A stretch of 63,650 nucleotides of DNA, counting the filler, from Welwitschia mirabilis (Eukaryota): NCBI GenBank assembly GCA_051453625.1. It is 9 parts of one record of this genome, joined end to end, with 100 filler letters (N's around TTAATTAATTAA, not from the genome) between each part and the next. Parts side by side here need not be neighbours in the genome. Positions count along the whole stretch, not along the records: positions 1 to 21,478 come from JBOZIK010000001.1; positions 21,579 to 30,760 come from JBOZIK010000001.1; 7 more parts are not named here. The stretch is one strand, 5' to 3'. A model generated the notes under the pieces. That model searched no databases and was not told the origin of the DNA. It was given only the letters and a program-made list of their open reading frames with translations. Below, in pieces: positions 13,401-25,689 of this stretch. A program made the translations under genes and the position numbers. Position 1 is the first letter of the stretch. Every line of letters starts with the position of its first letter.

Positions 13401-15743
13401 NNNNNNNNNNNNNNNTTTCCTTCATATTAAGTCTTTCCATAGCTTTGAGTAGTTGGGATTCTCTTGTAAAAGTTTCCAAAAAGATAAGTTAATTCTCACA
13501 TTTTGCATTAAGGCTTTCAAATGATTATTAAAGATGGGGTTTGTGTTAAGCCTATTAAGCCATGGGGTAGTAGGTTTCTTTTGAAATTGATCTTTCTTTT
13601 TATTGCTAAGTGAAAAAGGGAAGGAATGGTTTTCTAATATTTCTATGTCCTCTTCCTCATTGTTCTTGTCATGTTAGGAATTTGAAGCCTCATGAGTAGG
13701 TGGAATAGTGTCATTTCCACTTATTACCATCTTACAATCTTTTCGTACTTTGTTAAAATTTAGTAAAGGTTGCGTGACAAAGGTCCCTTGTGGTCTTTGA
13801 TTAGCAAGAATGGTTTATTATAGAATGTTTATAAGATTTTCTATATTTGCATTTGTCTTCTCTTAAGTTTTTCTCAACTTCTCAATATAATTTCTAAGAG
13901 GATCGTTATGGTTTTAGAAGTTGAAAGAGCTTGCCAAGTTATTTGGATAGTTCGATTAAAAGTTGAAATGTTGAAATCTATTCCTGAAAGACTAGGAGTT
14001 AGGATGATGTATTTTGGAATTACTAGAATTTTGTTGTTCATTCATCCTATTCTAAAAATTGTAACTAAGGACTTGTTTTTGATTATAATTTTGAACGTAG
14101 TTGAAAGGTCTTTAATTGAAAGCATGTACTACTTCATAGATTCTTTCTTTACAAGTTGAAAGTAAATAGAACTCTTTTGTGATATGGTAGCTATCTTTAC
14201 ACAAATCATAGGTTAGAATAAAGACTTCACTTTTTTCAATTACCATTTTAGCATCAAGGATCACGTAAGTGTATTTCTCTAAGGTAGAAGTGAAATCCTT
14301 AATATGCTAGTTAGTTCATTTTCTATTTTTATTTTAGTTTTTTTGTGCTTGACTTCTTTTAGGTCCTTGATGATTTGGCCTACTGTTTAGTTTTCTCTAG
14401 AGGAGGGTTTAGGCCAAGTTTGACTTACTTCAACTAGATCTTTCAACACCTTCCAAGCGTCATCTAAAGTTTGGTTCAAGAGGTTGCCTCCACAAGAAAA
14501 ATCTACAAGCTATTTTGTATGAATGTTTAACCCACTATAGAAATACTCAATTAACTCTACTTTAGAAAAGGCATTTACTGGGTTTGAATTTAAAGCAACA
14601 AAAAATCGCTTATAGGCAGAGGCATAGTCTTCGTTAGGCAGTTGTTGGAAGTTAGTAACTTCTTTCTTACATTTCTGGATGATGGTTTTGCTCATGAATC
14701 TTTTAACAAATGCTTCTTGAACTTGGCTCCAATATTTTAGGCTTTTATGAGGGATCGTCCTAAGCCAAAGTTTAGCCTTATCTCACAAAGTCATGGGAAA
14801 GATGATCATATAAGTTCTATCAGTTATATGTTTCTTACCATTACTGGATGTAAAGACGAGTTGTTCTATTTCTGCGATGTGTTATATGGGTTCTTTATCA
14901 GGTTCTCCTCTAAAGGTGGAATAAGCATTCAGGTTTTTCAGTTCTACGTCATCGCTAGGAGGTAAGTCAAAGGGGTTTTAAATTTTAAGTCTTTTATTCA
15001 CGATAAGATCTCTCAGAGTTACACGAGTGTTTGGTTGAGGAGGAGTACAAGTAATAGTTCCAATGACGGGTGGTGGATTCGACGAGATAGGTTGTTTTTG
15101 ATGAGAGGTCGACATGGTATTTAATTCTTTAAAATTAAAATCAGATTTACTTGTAAAATTACAATTAGAAATTTTAGGAAATTCTAAAGTTTGCGTACCT
15201 AGGTTGTTTTGATTTTTAAATTAAAAATTTAGCAAACCTTCTCGGATATTTTCTGCAATGAATCATCACTTTCTCTGATATTTTTCACCTTTTCTGATCT
15301 TAACCATTTAGTTTTAGTACTATCTTATGCGTCGACCTGTCTATCATTCAGATGATACCTGAGATAATAGAAGTAAAAAGAACACAGAAAACACAGAATA
15401 AGGGAAAGTAGAAAAGGGGGCTATCGTCCAACTATGACGTCTAGATGACTAATGGGACATCAGTGATTAGTAAAAATTAAAAAAACTGAAATAAAAATAC
15501 TTACAGTGGGTAGTGATACACCGATGCTGCAGCAAATATCTGGAATATTCACCGAAGCAATGACAACTCTCTCTTTCTAAGCAGCATTCCCTGGTAATGG
15601 CACCAATTTGTTGCGGTATGTATTTGTGCAATATTTCATACTTTAATTTCAATCCTATTAATTATCAATAAGATGCAAAATACAACACGCTAGTATAGAT
15701 GGAGTGATCCAAATGTCGTAATTCCATCGAAGGCCAATGGTAT
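10402..15743 (-). mobile_element. Athila internal region: 5' LTR end (15609-15743, subfamily A2), PBS, gag, gap, 3' non-coding region
   Basis: PBS TTGGTGCCATTACCAGGGA at 15606-15588. Gag VTNFQQLPNEDYASAYKRF...LIEYFYSGLN (14695-14510). 12665-12440 matches the post-integrase region at 57555-57780. Confidence 0.8.
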
Positions 15744-15843
15744 NNNNNNNNNNNNNNNNNNNNNNNNNNNNNNNNNNNNNNNNNNNNNNNNNNNNNNNNN
15801 NNNNNNNNNNNNNNNNNNNNNNNNNNNNNNNNNNNNNNNNNNN

Positions 15844-16826
15844 ATCTTCTAAAGTTGGATTTAAGAGGTTGCCTCTATAAGAGAAATCTACTAGTTGCTT
15901 GGTATGACTATTTAATCCACTATAGAAATAGTCTATTAACTCTACCTCAGAAAAGGCATCTACAGCATTTGAATTTAAAGCAACAAAGAATCACTCATAA
16001 GCAAAGGAATAGTCTTCATTAGAGAGTTTTTAGAAGTTTATAACTTCTTTCGTATGCTTCTGAATGATGGTTTCACTCATGAATCTTTTGATGAAGGCTT
16101 TTTAAACTTGACTCAAAAATTTAAGGCTCTTATGAGGGATTGTTTTAAGATAAATTTTTGCTTTATCTCTTAAGGTTATGGGAAAGATAACCATATAAGT
16201 TCTATTAGTTATTTTATTTTTACTATTTTCAGAAGTAAGAATAANNNNNNNNNNNNNNNNNNNNNNNNNNNNNNNNNNNNNNNNNNNNNNNNNNNNNNNN
16301 NNNNNNNNNNNNNNNNNNNNNNNNNNNNNNNNNNNNNNNNNNNNTGGTTTCACTCATGAATCTTTTGATCAAGGCTTCTTAAGCTTGACTACAAGATTTA
16401 AGGCTCTTATGAGGGATTGTTCTAAGATAAATTTTTGCTTTATCTCTTAAGATCATAGGAAAGATAACCATATAAGTTCTATCAGTTATTTTCTTTTTAC
16501 TATTTCTAGAAGTAAGAATAAGTTGTTTAATTTTGGTAATGTATTGTAGAGGATCTTCATCAGATTTTCCACTAAAGATAGGATAAGCATTCAAATTTTT
16601 TAGTTCTACATCATCACAAGGAGGTAAGTTGAAAGGGTTTTAGATTTCATGTTTTGGATTTTCTATGAGATCTCTCAAAGTAGTCCGAGTATTAGGTTGA
16701 GAAGGAGTAGAAGTAAGGGCTCCAATGATAGGGGATGGGTTAGGAGAGATAGGTTATTTTTAATTTTGATTAGAGGTTGACATGGTAGTAAAATTAGACT
16801 CTTCTATAGAATTAAAATCATAAATT
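15844..16826 (-). mobile_element. Athila gag fragment (A1)
   Basis: YPIFSGKSDEDPLQYITKIKQL...VIFPMILRDKAKIYLRTIP. 16610-16826 matches 5-225. Confidence 0.85.
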
Positions 16827-17300
16827 AAAGAAGCATCTTTATCTATGCCTCTTTAGAAACAGTTGAGGGATAATAAAAAGTATGAGAAAGCATTAAGAGA
16901 TGTAATGAAGAGGAATGATAAAAGAAAGATTTCTAAATAATTTATTTAGCTAATCAATGATTCTTGAAATTTATCCAATAAAGCTAAAGTATAAGGATTC
17001 AAGAATAGTAATGTTGACTATTGATTTAGAGGGTATTTTTAGTTTGAGATACTATTTATTTTATTTGGAAGTAAGTGTAAACATGATTCCTGACCATACC
17101 ATGAAAATAATTAAACTATAAAGTCACTTATCTCCTAGTAATTTTATTTTAATAATGCTAGATGGCTCTCTTAAAATGGCTATAGTTGTGATAAACGATT
17201 TATTGATTTAGATTGATAAAGAATTCTATTCAATATATTTTGTAGTGTTAGAAGTAATAAAAAGCAATGTATCCTTTAATTTTAGGAAGACCATGATTGA
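16827..17300 (+). mobile_element. Ty3/gypsy gag-end/protease fragment in the opposite orientation
   Basis: KYKDSRIVMLTIDL...LEVSVNMIP...IMLDGSLKMAIVVINDLLI*IDKEFYSIYFVVLE (cf. DLGASVN...LADRS...FPVDFVVLD). Confidence 0.65.
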
Positions 17301-20300
17301 TGTATAGTATGAATTTGTGCAAGCTTTAAGTCTTTAAGTAGATACTATAAATCATAATGCTTGCATAAAAGCACATGCTAGTATAAATGATAGTTAACCT
17401 GAATGTTGTTATCCATTGAAGACACTAGGCTAGAAGTTAGAGAATTGATTTTAATAAAGTATTTTTAGTCTTTTCCCTTTATTAAATAAAAATAAATAAT
17501 ACTGCAAATGTAATGCAAGATGGATGATAATGTAGTGATTATAGATGAAATACAAAATGTAATAACTAAAGTAATGAATCTTTTTGACTATCAATATTTC
17601 TATCACAAGGACCAACACTTATAAGTTAGATCAAATAAGAAGAGCTATCAATTATCTCTAACCAACATAATATACAAGATACATGAAATACAATATAAAT
17701 AAATGCAAATATAAAAATGCAATATGAAATGAAATGCAAGATTTAAACTAATAATATCAACTTTAACCAAGGTTTTTCTTATGATCCAAATAAATTATGA
17801 AGCTATCACAGAATCATAATTAACTTAAATCATAAGGGAGGTTCACATAATAGAAGTGAAATAGTTAATGTATTAATCTTGAATTAACATCCACTTACAA
17901 ACAAAGTAGTAGCACTTAAATGAAGGATACATAGCTCAAGATCAAGGAAGACTTCTCTTTATAGCTATGGATGAATCTCTTGTCCATTAATCTTTCATCA
18001 CAAGATGTCCCAATATAAAAGATGAATTAGGAGTAAGGACAAGGTACGTATTTATGGCTTTACATTAAAGGTTTTAATAACAAATCCTAAAAGTTAAAAA
18101 AGATGTCTTAGCAATGCACTTGGGGTGCATGACACCATTACATTATCATTTAATTTCATTCATATAAAATAGTTATTATCCTAATCATCATCCAGATGAT
18201 ACTAGGGATAATACCCCATAATAAGAGGTGAGTCATTAGCTTATAGCCCTACAGCTAGTCCCACCATCTCTATTTCGTGTTAGCATCACTATTGTATTGA
18301 CTATCATCTAGATGACATAGGGGATGATAGGATTCCTTATCTTTTTAGCAAATAGAAATTAATCTCCTGCATCATTAGTTTTATCTTAAAAATGCTAAGT
18401 ATTATAATATATCTAAAATGCCTCCAAATATGATAATAATTATGTGTTTCCATGATTATTCCATTGAATCTTTATAATAATTAGAATTATATGTAAATTT
18501 GTCTAAATTTCCTAAAAAAATACTCAAAATACCACATTAAATACATACAAATTAAAACATATTCCTTCAGTTAGCCTTCTTATTCCCTGACAAAGCAAGT
18601 GATTAACTATAAATTATGAACCAATTTGACCAAGATAAATAATAACTAGGAAAATATAAATTGGTTTAAAAATCTTCATCATGCAGGATCAAATATTAAA
18701 AACTGATTAACTAATATAATACCTTTGTAGGACACATAATAGATCTAGCATCCTATTGGTGGTTTTGATAATAATGGGGACGATAGGTTTATAAAAAAAA
18801 AAAATGAAAGTCAAGTTTCTATGAACATGATCATCAAAAAAATATAAGTACTAAAAATCTTCATTAGCTCACCACTTATGATANNNNNNNNNNNNNNNNN
18901 NNNNNNNNNNNNNNNNNNNNNNNNNNNNNNNNNNNNNNNNNNNNNNNNNNNNNNNNNNNNNNNNNNNNNNNNNNNNNNNNNNNNNNNNNNNNNNNNNNNN
19001 NNNNNNNNNNNNNNNNNNNNNNNNNNNNNNNNNNNNNNNNNNNNNNNNNNNNNNNNNNNNNNNNNNNNNNNNNNNNNNNNNNNNNNNNNNNNNNNNNNNN
19101 NNNNNNNNNNNNNNNNNNNNNNNNNNNNNNNNNNNNNNNNNNNNNNNNNNNNNNNNNNNNNNNNNNNNNNNNNNNNNNNNNNNNNNNNNNNNNNNNNNNN
19201 NNNNNNNNNNNNNNNNNNNNNNNNNNNNNNNNNNNNNNNNNNNNNNNNNNNNNNNNNNNNNNNNNNNNNNNNNNNNNNNNNNNNNNNNNNNNNNNNNNNN
19301 NNNNNNNNNNNNNNNNNNNNNNNNNNNNNNNNNNNNNNNNNNNNNNNNNNNNNNNNNNNNNNNNNNNNNNNNNNNNNNNNNNNNNNNNNNNNNNNNNNNN
19401 NNNNNNNNNNNNNNNNNNNNNNNNNNNNNNNNNNNNNNNNNNNNNNNNNNNNNNNNNNNNNNNNNNNNNNNNNNNNNNNNNNNNNNNNNNNNNNNNNNNN
19501 NNNNNNNNNNNNNNNNNNNNNNNNNNNNNNNNNNNNNNNNNNNNNNNNNNNNNNNNNNNNNNNNNNNNNNNNNNNNNNNNNNNNNNNNNNNNNNNNNNNN
19601 NNNNNNNNNNNNNNNNNNNNNNNNNNNNNNNNNNNNNNNNNNNNNNNNNNNNNNNNNNNNNNNNNNNNNNNNNNNNNNNNNNNNNNNNNNNNNNNNNNNN
19701 NNNNNNNNNNNNNNNNNNNNNNNNNNNNNNNNNNNNNNNNNNNNNNNNNNNNNNNNNNNNNNNNNNNNNNNNCTACCAAGTGAAAAAAATAAAAGAAATA
19801 ATAAGAAAATTACCAAATGATCAATTCCTAAATATTGTATTGAAAAGATATGAAAATTACTTTGAAATATCAAATAAAACAACTAAGGAAAACATAATGA
19901 AAAAACAACTAAAAACATTAATAAGGTTGTTTATCTACCCAAAATTGTGACCTAGCAAAGTTCCTAGGTAGAAATCATAAAAATACCTTATTAATGATGT
20001 ATGACATCATGTANNNNNNNNNNNNNNNNNNNNNNNNNNNNNNNNNNNNNNNNNNNNNNNNNNNNNNNNNNNNNNNNNNNNNNNNNNNNNNNNNNNNNNN
20101 NNNNNNNNNNNNNNNNNNNNNNNNNNNNNNNNNNNNNNNNNNNNNNNNNNNNNNNNNNNNNNNNNNNNNNNNNNNNNNNNNNNNNNNNNNNNNNNNNNNN
20201 NNNNNNNNNNNNNNNNNNNNNNNNNNNNNNNNNNNNNNNNNNNNNNNNNNNNNNNNNNNNNNNNNNNNNNNNNNNNNNNNNNNNNNNNNNNNNNNNNNNN

Positions 20301-21478
20301 NNNNNNNNNNNNNNNNNNNNNNNNNNNNNNNNNNNNNNNNNNNNNNNNNNNNNNNNNNNNNNNNNNNNNNNNNNNNNNNNNNNNNNNNNNNNNNNNNNNN
20401 NNNNNNNNNNNNNNNNNNNNNNNNNNNNNNNNNNNNNNNNNNNNNNNNNNNNNNNNNNNNNNNNNNNNNNNTTTTTTTATTTTCTTTATTTTTTCTTTTC
20501 ATTTTTTTATAAGTAAAGGAATAAATTCCACATCATTAAGTACTCGTAAGAATAAGGGTGAAGTAATGAGGTGAGAAACAAGAAAGAAAACATCCAAAGA
20601 ACTAAAACCTCATACCATTGAGAGAGAGAATAAAAGAACCAAGAAATCTTACTTTGAAATAAAGTTCATATACATACTAATGTCTTAAGATCAGTTGAAT
20701 CCAATATTATCACTTTGAAATGCCTAAGGAGAAGATTATTAGTCATGATAACATTATAAANNNNNNNNNNNNNNNNNNNNNNNNNNNNNNNNNNNNNNNN
20801 NNNNNNNNNNNNNNNNNNNNNNNNNNNNNNNNNNNNNNNNNNNNNNNNNNNNNNNNNNNNAAGATCAGTTGAATCCAATATTATCACTTTGAAATGCCTA
20901 AGGAGAAGATTATTAGTCATGATAACTTTATAAAGTAAAATACTAATTAAGTTAAAGTTGTTCAAGTGATAGAATGATGTTAACTAAAGAGTTAGCTAAG
21001 GAAAAATTTAGACAATAGAGGAGAAAAATCAAAGACAAGTGCTTCTATTATGTTCAAGGTTTAATTAATAGATGATTCATAGATTTTTAATCTTTTATCT
21101 GCTAACAACTAAATTTTCCAAGTANNNNNNNNNNATTTAGATTAAAGATTTAACCAAGTCATTAGAATGTACTTTTTTTAAACTATAAATACCTAACCAT
21201 TGAGAAGTTAACAAGTTGTGTAAAAGGTGCACTCAGGTATTGTACTTTACAAAAACATAAGGGCCAAATCAAATAAAAATCATTTGATAAAACATAAATT
21301 TGAGTAAAATAAATTAGAAAAAAAGAGAGTAAAATGATAAAACTTTGATAGCACAATTTTTAGAATCCAAATAAGAGATAAATAAGTGATAAATTTCATT
21401 CACAAATGATCTCCTATTGAAACATCATAAATCATAAGTATCATTATATAATTCACTCAAGACACTATTAATGAATCC
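17301..21478 (-). mobile_element. Athila-related family C: 3' LTR (about 17301-18559), PPT, 3' non-coding region, integrase tail
   Basis: LTR ends are homologous to the other Athila LTRs. PPT-like AAGGCTAACTGAAGGAATA at 18578-18560. 21245-21020 encodes NLLTSQWLGIY, matching NKLTSKWLGPY at about 57305-57338. Confidence 0.75.
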
Positions 21479-21522
21479 NNNNNNNNNNNNNNNNNNNNNN
21501 NNNNNNNNNNNNNNNNNNNNNN

Positions 21523-21534
21523 TTAATTAATTAA
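21523..21534. other. Artificial scaffolding linker N44-TTAATTAATTAA-N44; also at 30805, 36848, 43290, 46165, 48187, 50575, 60538
   Basis: Eight identical 12-mers, each flanked by 44 N on both sides (100 nt in total). The motif gives stops in all six frames and is a known contig-joining spacer. Confidence 0.97.
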
Positions 21535-21578
21535 NNNNNNNNNNNNNNNNNNNNNNNNNNNNNNNNNNNNNNNNNNNN

Positions 21579-22560
21579 TTATTACTCCTCCATTTAGTAA
21601 AGGTGTATAGTGTTTGTATAAATAAACAACTCTTGGAAGTAATTATAAAAGAGATAAGAGTTTGAGCAATGTGAACATAGTCAACCTTGTGAAATAGCCC
21701 CATCCATTAAGACATGATTACCATATTATTTTCTTATAAAAAGATTACTATATTTTATTTCAAACAAAAGACTTAGTTTGCTCACATTTTACCAAGTGAA
21801 GTGGAAACTATAATGAAGACTTATATTGTTATACACTTAATTGTAAAGCATCATGAGCTATCACAATGTGATCTTCCATAAGAGGGATTCTTACAATTAG
21901 TAGAATGGCAATGTGAAGATATACTAATCACTTCATAAACATGGTACCATGAGTAAAGTTAAATATTAAAAACAAAGAACACAAAATTAATATTAACATC
22001 CTAAAGTAAAACAATAGGTAAATTTTCCTTTCAACATGTTTTTGAAAGTTCAAAGGCTACAAGGACTTAAATCTCTCCTAAAATTATTAAACAGTATAGG
22101 GCTTAGAGCTCACTTCGAGTTTGTTATCATAATTAGTATATTGTANNNNNNNNNNNNNNNNNNNNNNNNNNNNNNNNNNNNNNNNNNNNNNNNNNNNNNN
22201 NNNNNNNNNNNNNNNNNNNNNNNNNNNNNNNNNNNNNNNNNNNNNTACACTTAATTGTAAAGCATCATGAGCTATCACAATGAGATCTTCCAAAAGAGGG
22301 ATTCTTACAATTAGTAGAATGGCAATGTGAAGATATACTAATTACTTCATAAACATGGTACCATGAGTAAAGTTAAATATTAAAAGCAAAGAGCACAAAA
22401 TTAATATTAACATCCTAAAGTAAAACAATAGGTAAATTTTCCTTTCAACATGCTTTTGAAAGTTCAAAGGCTACAAGGACTTAAATCTCTCCTAAAATTG
22501 TTAAATAATATAGGGCTTAGAGCTCACTTCTAGTTTGTCATCATAATTAGTAGATCGTAG
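21579..22560 (-). mobile_element. Probable Ty1/copia 3' remnant (end of RNase H plus downstream region; possibly SIRE-like)
   Basis: Weak: TNYDNKLEVSSKP...RRDLSPCSL* resembles the copia terminus T..QLADIFTKP...LR..LG.C.L*. 21830-22144 is duplicated at 22246-22560. Confidence 0.35.
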
Positions 22561-22899
22561 CAATTGATTAAAGGGTTATAGGCCTTTCTTGATATTAATC
22601 AATTTGATTGTAAAATATTCATCATCATTAGTGTAAGTGCTATTCAACTATGATCTAGTTCAAATTGAATAGTGTTGCTGGCTTTGAGAAGGCATTATAC
22701 TATCATACTAATAGGTAATTTTTGATTTCTAAAATTTAAGTTAAATAATACCATTCTTATTTAATTGAGTACACCCCCATTCCCCCACCCTCCCCCCTTT
22801 CCTCCTTCCTTGGTGCCCCATGCACAATTAAGTTTAAAGTACATGTGCTGCTAACTTTAGGGAAAATGGCTTGGTAATGATTAATAAATAATGTAATAG

Positions 22900-23312
22900 T
22901 AGAGGCCTATTTTATTTGAATTGTATTTTGTAAAAGCTTTTTAAGAGGTACCTTTCTTTCTAAAAGAAGTTGTGAATGTTGATTGAAAAAGGATGTTCTA
23001 CCTAAGTTGCAAGGATTAATGTTGGTATTGCTAAACTTTTTGTTGTCGTAAAGGCCTTAACATATGGAGTACTAGAAGTAAAAAGAATTAAAATTTTGTA
23101 GATTCCTTCTTAGTAGATGTTCTTTAGTTACTTACTAATGAATAAATTGGAGAATATTAGTGAGATTCACAGTGCTTGAATACTTAGTGAGATTCACAAC
23201 GCTTGAATACATTCTTAATAAAAAGTAGATCAGCAATGCATGTAAGAATATTGAAAGCCAAACTCTCCAACACCCTTTCATAGCCTGTAAGTATGGATTG
23301 ATCAACATCTTT
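22900..23312 (-). pseudogene. ROPGEF: RopGEF (PRONE-domain Rop guanine nucleotide exchange factor) last-exon fragment
   Basis: [31 protein letters not shown] (23312-23220) matches the PRONE C-terminal motif [30 protein letters not shown]. Downstream SSTPYVKAFTT (23080-23041) resembles RopGEF tails. Stops and frameshifts are present and the left boundary is approximate. Confidence 0.8.
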
Positions 23313-23931
23313 CTATCCAATACTACTGGTGATAAATCTNNNNNNNNNNNNNNNNNNNNNNNNNNNNNNNNNNNNNNNNNNNNNNNNNNNNNNNNNNNNN
23401 NNNNNNNNNNNNNNNNNNNNNNNNNNNNNNNNNNNNNNNNNNNNNNNNNNNNNNNNNNNNNNNNNNNNNNNNNNNNNNNNNNNNNNNNNNNNNNNNNNNN
23501 NNNNNNNNNNNNNNNNNNNNNNNNNNNNNNNNNNNNNNNNNNNNNNNNNNNNNNNNNNNNNNNNNNNNNNNNNNNNNNNNNNNNNNNNNNNNNNNNNNNN
23601 NNNNNNNNNNNNNNNNNNNNNNNNNNNNNNNNNNNNNNNNNNNNNNNNNNNNNNNNNNNNNNNNNNNNNNNNNNNNNNNNNNNNNNNNNNNNNNNNNNNN
23701 NNNNNNNNNNNNNNNNNNNNNNNNNNNNNNNNNNNNNNNNNNNNNNNNNNNNNNNNNNNNNNNNNNNNNNNNNNNNNNNNNNNNNNNNNNNNNNNNNNNN
23801 NNNNNNNNNNNNNNNNNNNNNNNNNNNNNNNNNNNNNNNNNNNNNNNNNNNNNNNNNNNNNNNNNNNNNNNNNNNNNNNNNNNNNNNNNNNNNNNNNNNN
23901 NNNNNNNNNNNNNNNNNNNNNNNNNNNNNNN

Positions 23932-24004
23932 ATGTAAGGATATTGAAAACCAAACTCTCCAGCACCCTTTCATAGCTTTTAAATATGGATTGATCAACAT
24001 CTTT
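23932..24004 (-). pseudogene. ROPGEF: Second copy of the RopGEF exon start, across a gap
   Basis: [24 protein letters not shown]. 23932-24032 duplicates 23240-23339 with several substitutions. Confidence 0.7.
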
Positions 24005-25689
24005 CATATCCAATACTACTTATGATAAATCTAGAAATTTGTGCTTTAATCTTAATAGGAAAGACTAAGCTCTATTTGTTAGAAATTCCCTCTTCTCAAC
24101 ATTACCAATGAGGTCTTTTACAATATCCCATATACTTCTTATATTAGGCCTTTTTTTTTCACCATCACATTATTTTTTAGTGGTCTTAATTAAGGACTAA
24201 CCTTTCGACATTAGAGAATTACATATTGATTTGGACGATTGCCATATAAATATATTTTCTTTAAAATGGATCAATTTTCATTCATAAACCTTTAACTTCA
24301 CATCAAATTCTATAGTGCTTTCTTAATCTTTTAATCACATTATATTTCTAGTTTTTAGTTTCCTTTTGGACAACTATCAGATTCTTATACTGCAATATTT
24401 AAGATCAATATAGTAAACAAACCAAAGCAAGATTACTATAGATTTTTTGCTTTAAAACACCCAAGGAATGTACTAAATAAGATTTAAATAATAATGCATA
24501 TTATTTTCAAAACCTAGGTATAATAATAAATCTAAACGACACAAATTTATCATTAAACCTTTAACTAAATCCTTCATTGAATTTATCATGTTATTGGTTA
24601 TCAACAACATTCATACCATGTTGTTCATTGAACATGAGGCATCCATTAAAAATCAAGGATGCTTCTATAACTACATTATTGTCCTTTCTAAACTTCTCTT
24701 TTGGATTTTATTTTTCATATTAATATCTAAGGCCTTTCTCTATTTTGCCAATTTTATTCTATTTTATGCAAAGTAAATTATAGTTCCATATTGAATTACT
24801 AAATTTCTAGATACATAGGAAATTTATACATCCATTCTTTTAGATTCTATTTAAAATTTCTCAGTCTAAGAAAATAATAAGACATTCTACAGTTATTCCA
24901 TCTATTCTTTTTATGACTTACATAAAGGAAAATACATAAAAACATGTATACGAATTTTGCTAATGCATTTAGCATTCATTCATACTTGCTTAGCCCTTAT
25001 TATTTTTATATTTTTTGAATACTATTTTTTGGCATAGTTTTCCTATCTGATTCTAGTCCATAATAGTTTTGTTAAGTAGCCTAATAAAGGAGAGTTCCTT
25101 TTGGTTGTAAATGTAAATGTTTACTTTGCTTCAAATATAATATATGAAGTTGTTGTTGTCGTTGTTTTTGTTGTTGTTTATTAATTAAGTTTATTTAAAT
25201 GCTTTTAATAAACTAATATCATTAGGAATTTCTTTTAATATGTTGGATGAGGCATCTAAGAACTTAAAATAAATAAATGAAAGGGATGTCTAGAGATTAT
25301 GGTTAATATTTAAATTTTTTAAACAAGAAAGTCAGGCTATTTCATTTGTATTTATGCTTGTGCTATCATGAACTAGTGTAAGCTTCTCTAAGTCAAAAAT
25401 CTCCTACCAGTTATCTACTTCTATTACATTATCCTATATATTATAGACTTATTATGGTATGGAGGTTACAATTGAAGATAGTTTATGTATCTATCTTTTA
25501 AAACTCTTCCATGCAAGAAGTGAGAACTCAGATACTTGGAAAACATGCATGGTGTACATTAGTTACTAATAATAATAAAAGTCTAAAAGGTATTTTAACA
25601 CTTAAAGACATACAATAGTATTACCAAATGATAAAAGAGTGATTAATCATGATTGCTTATTCTTTATTTTTATCCTCAAGATATACCTC

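Noticed and set aside
22560-23130. MuDR transposase fragment on the plus strand
   Set aside because: The resemblance is faint, and much of the span is better explained by the RopGEF tail on the minus strand.
24580-24900. Upstream RopGEF exon
   Set aside because: Only a vague MDASCSMNNM-GT resemblance to LDMNKIQYNK, which is not supportable without alignment.
25149-25178. Imperfect (GTT)n microsatellite
   Set aside because: Short, degenerate and ordinary.
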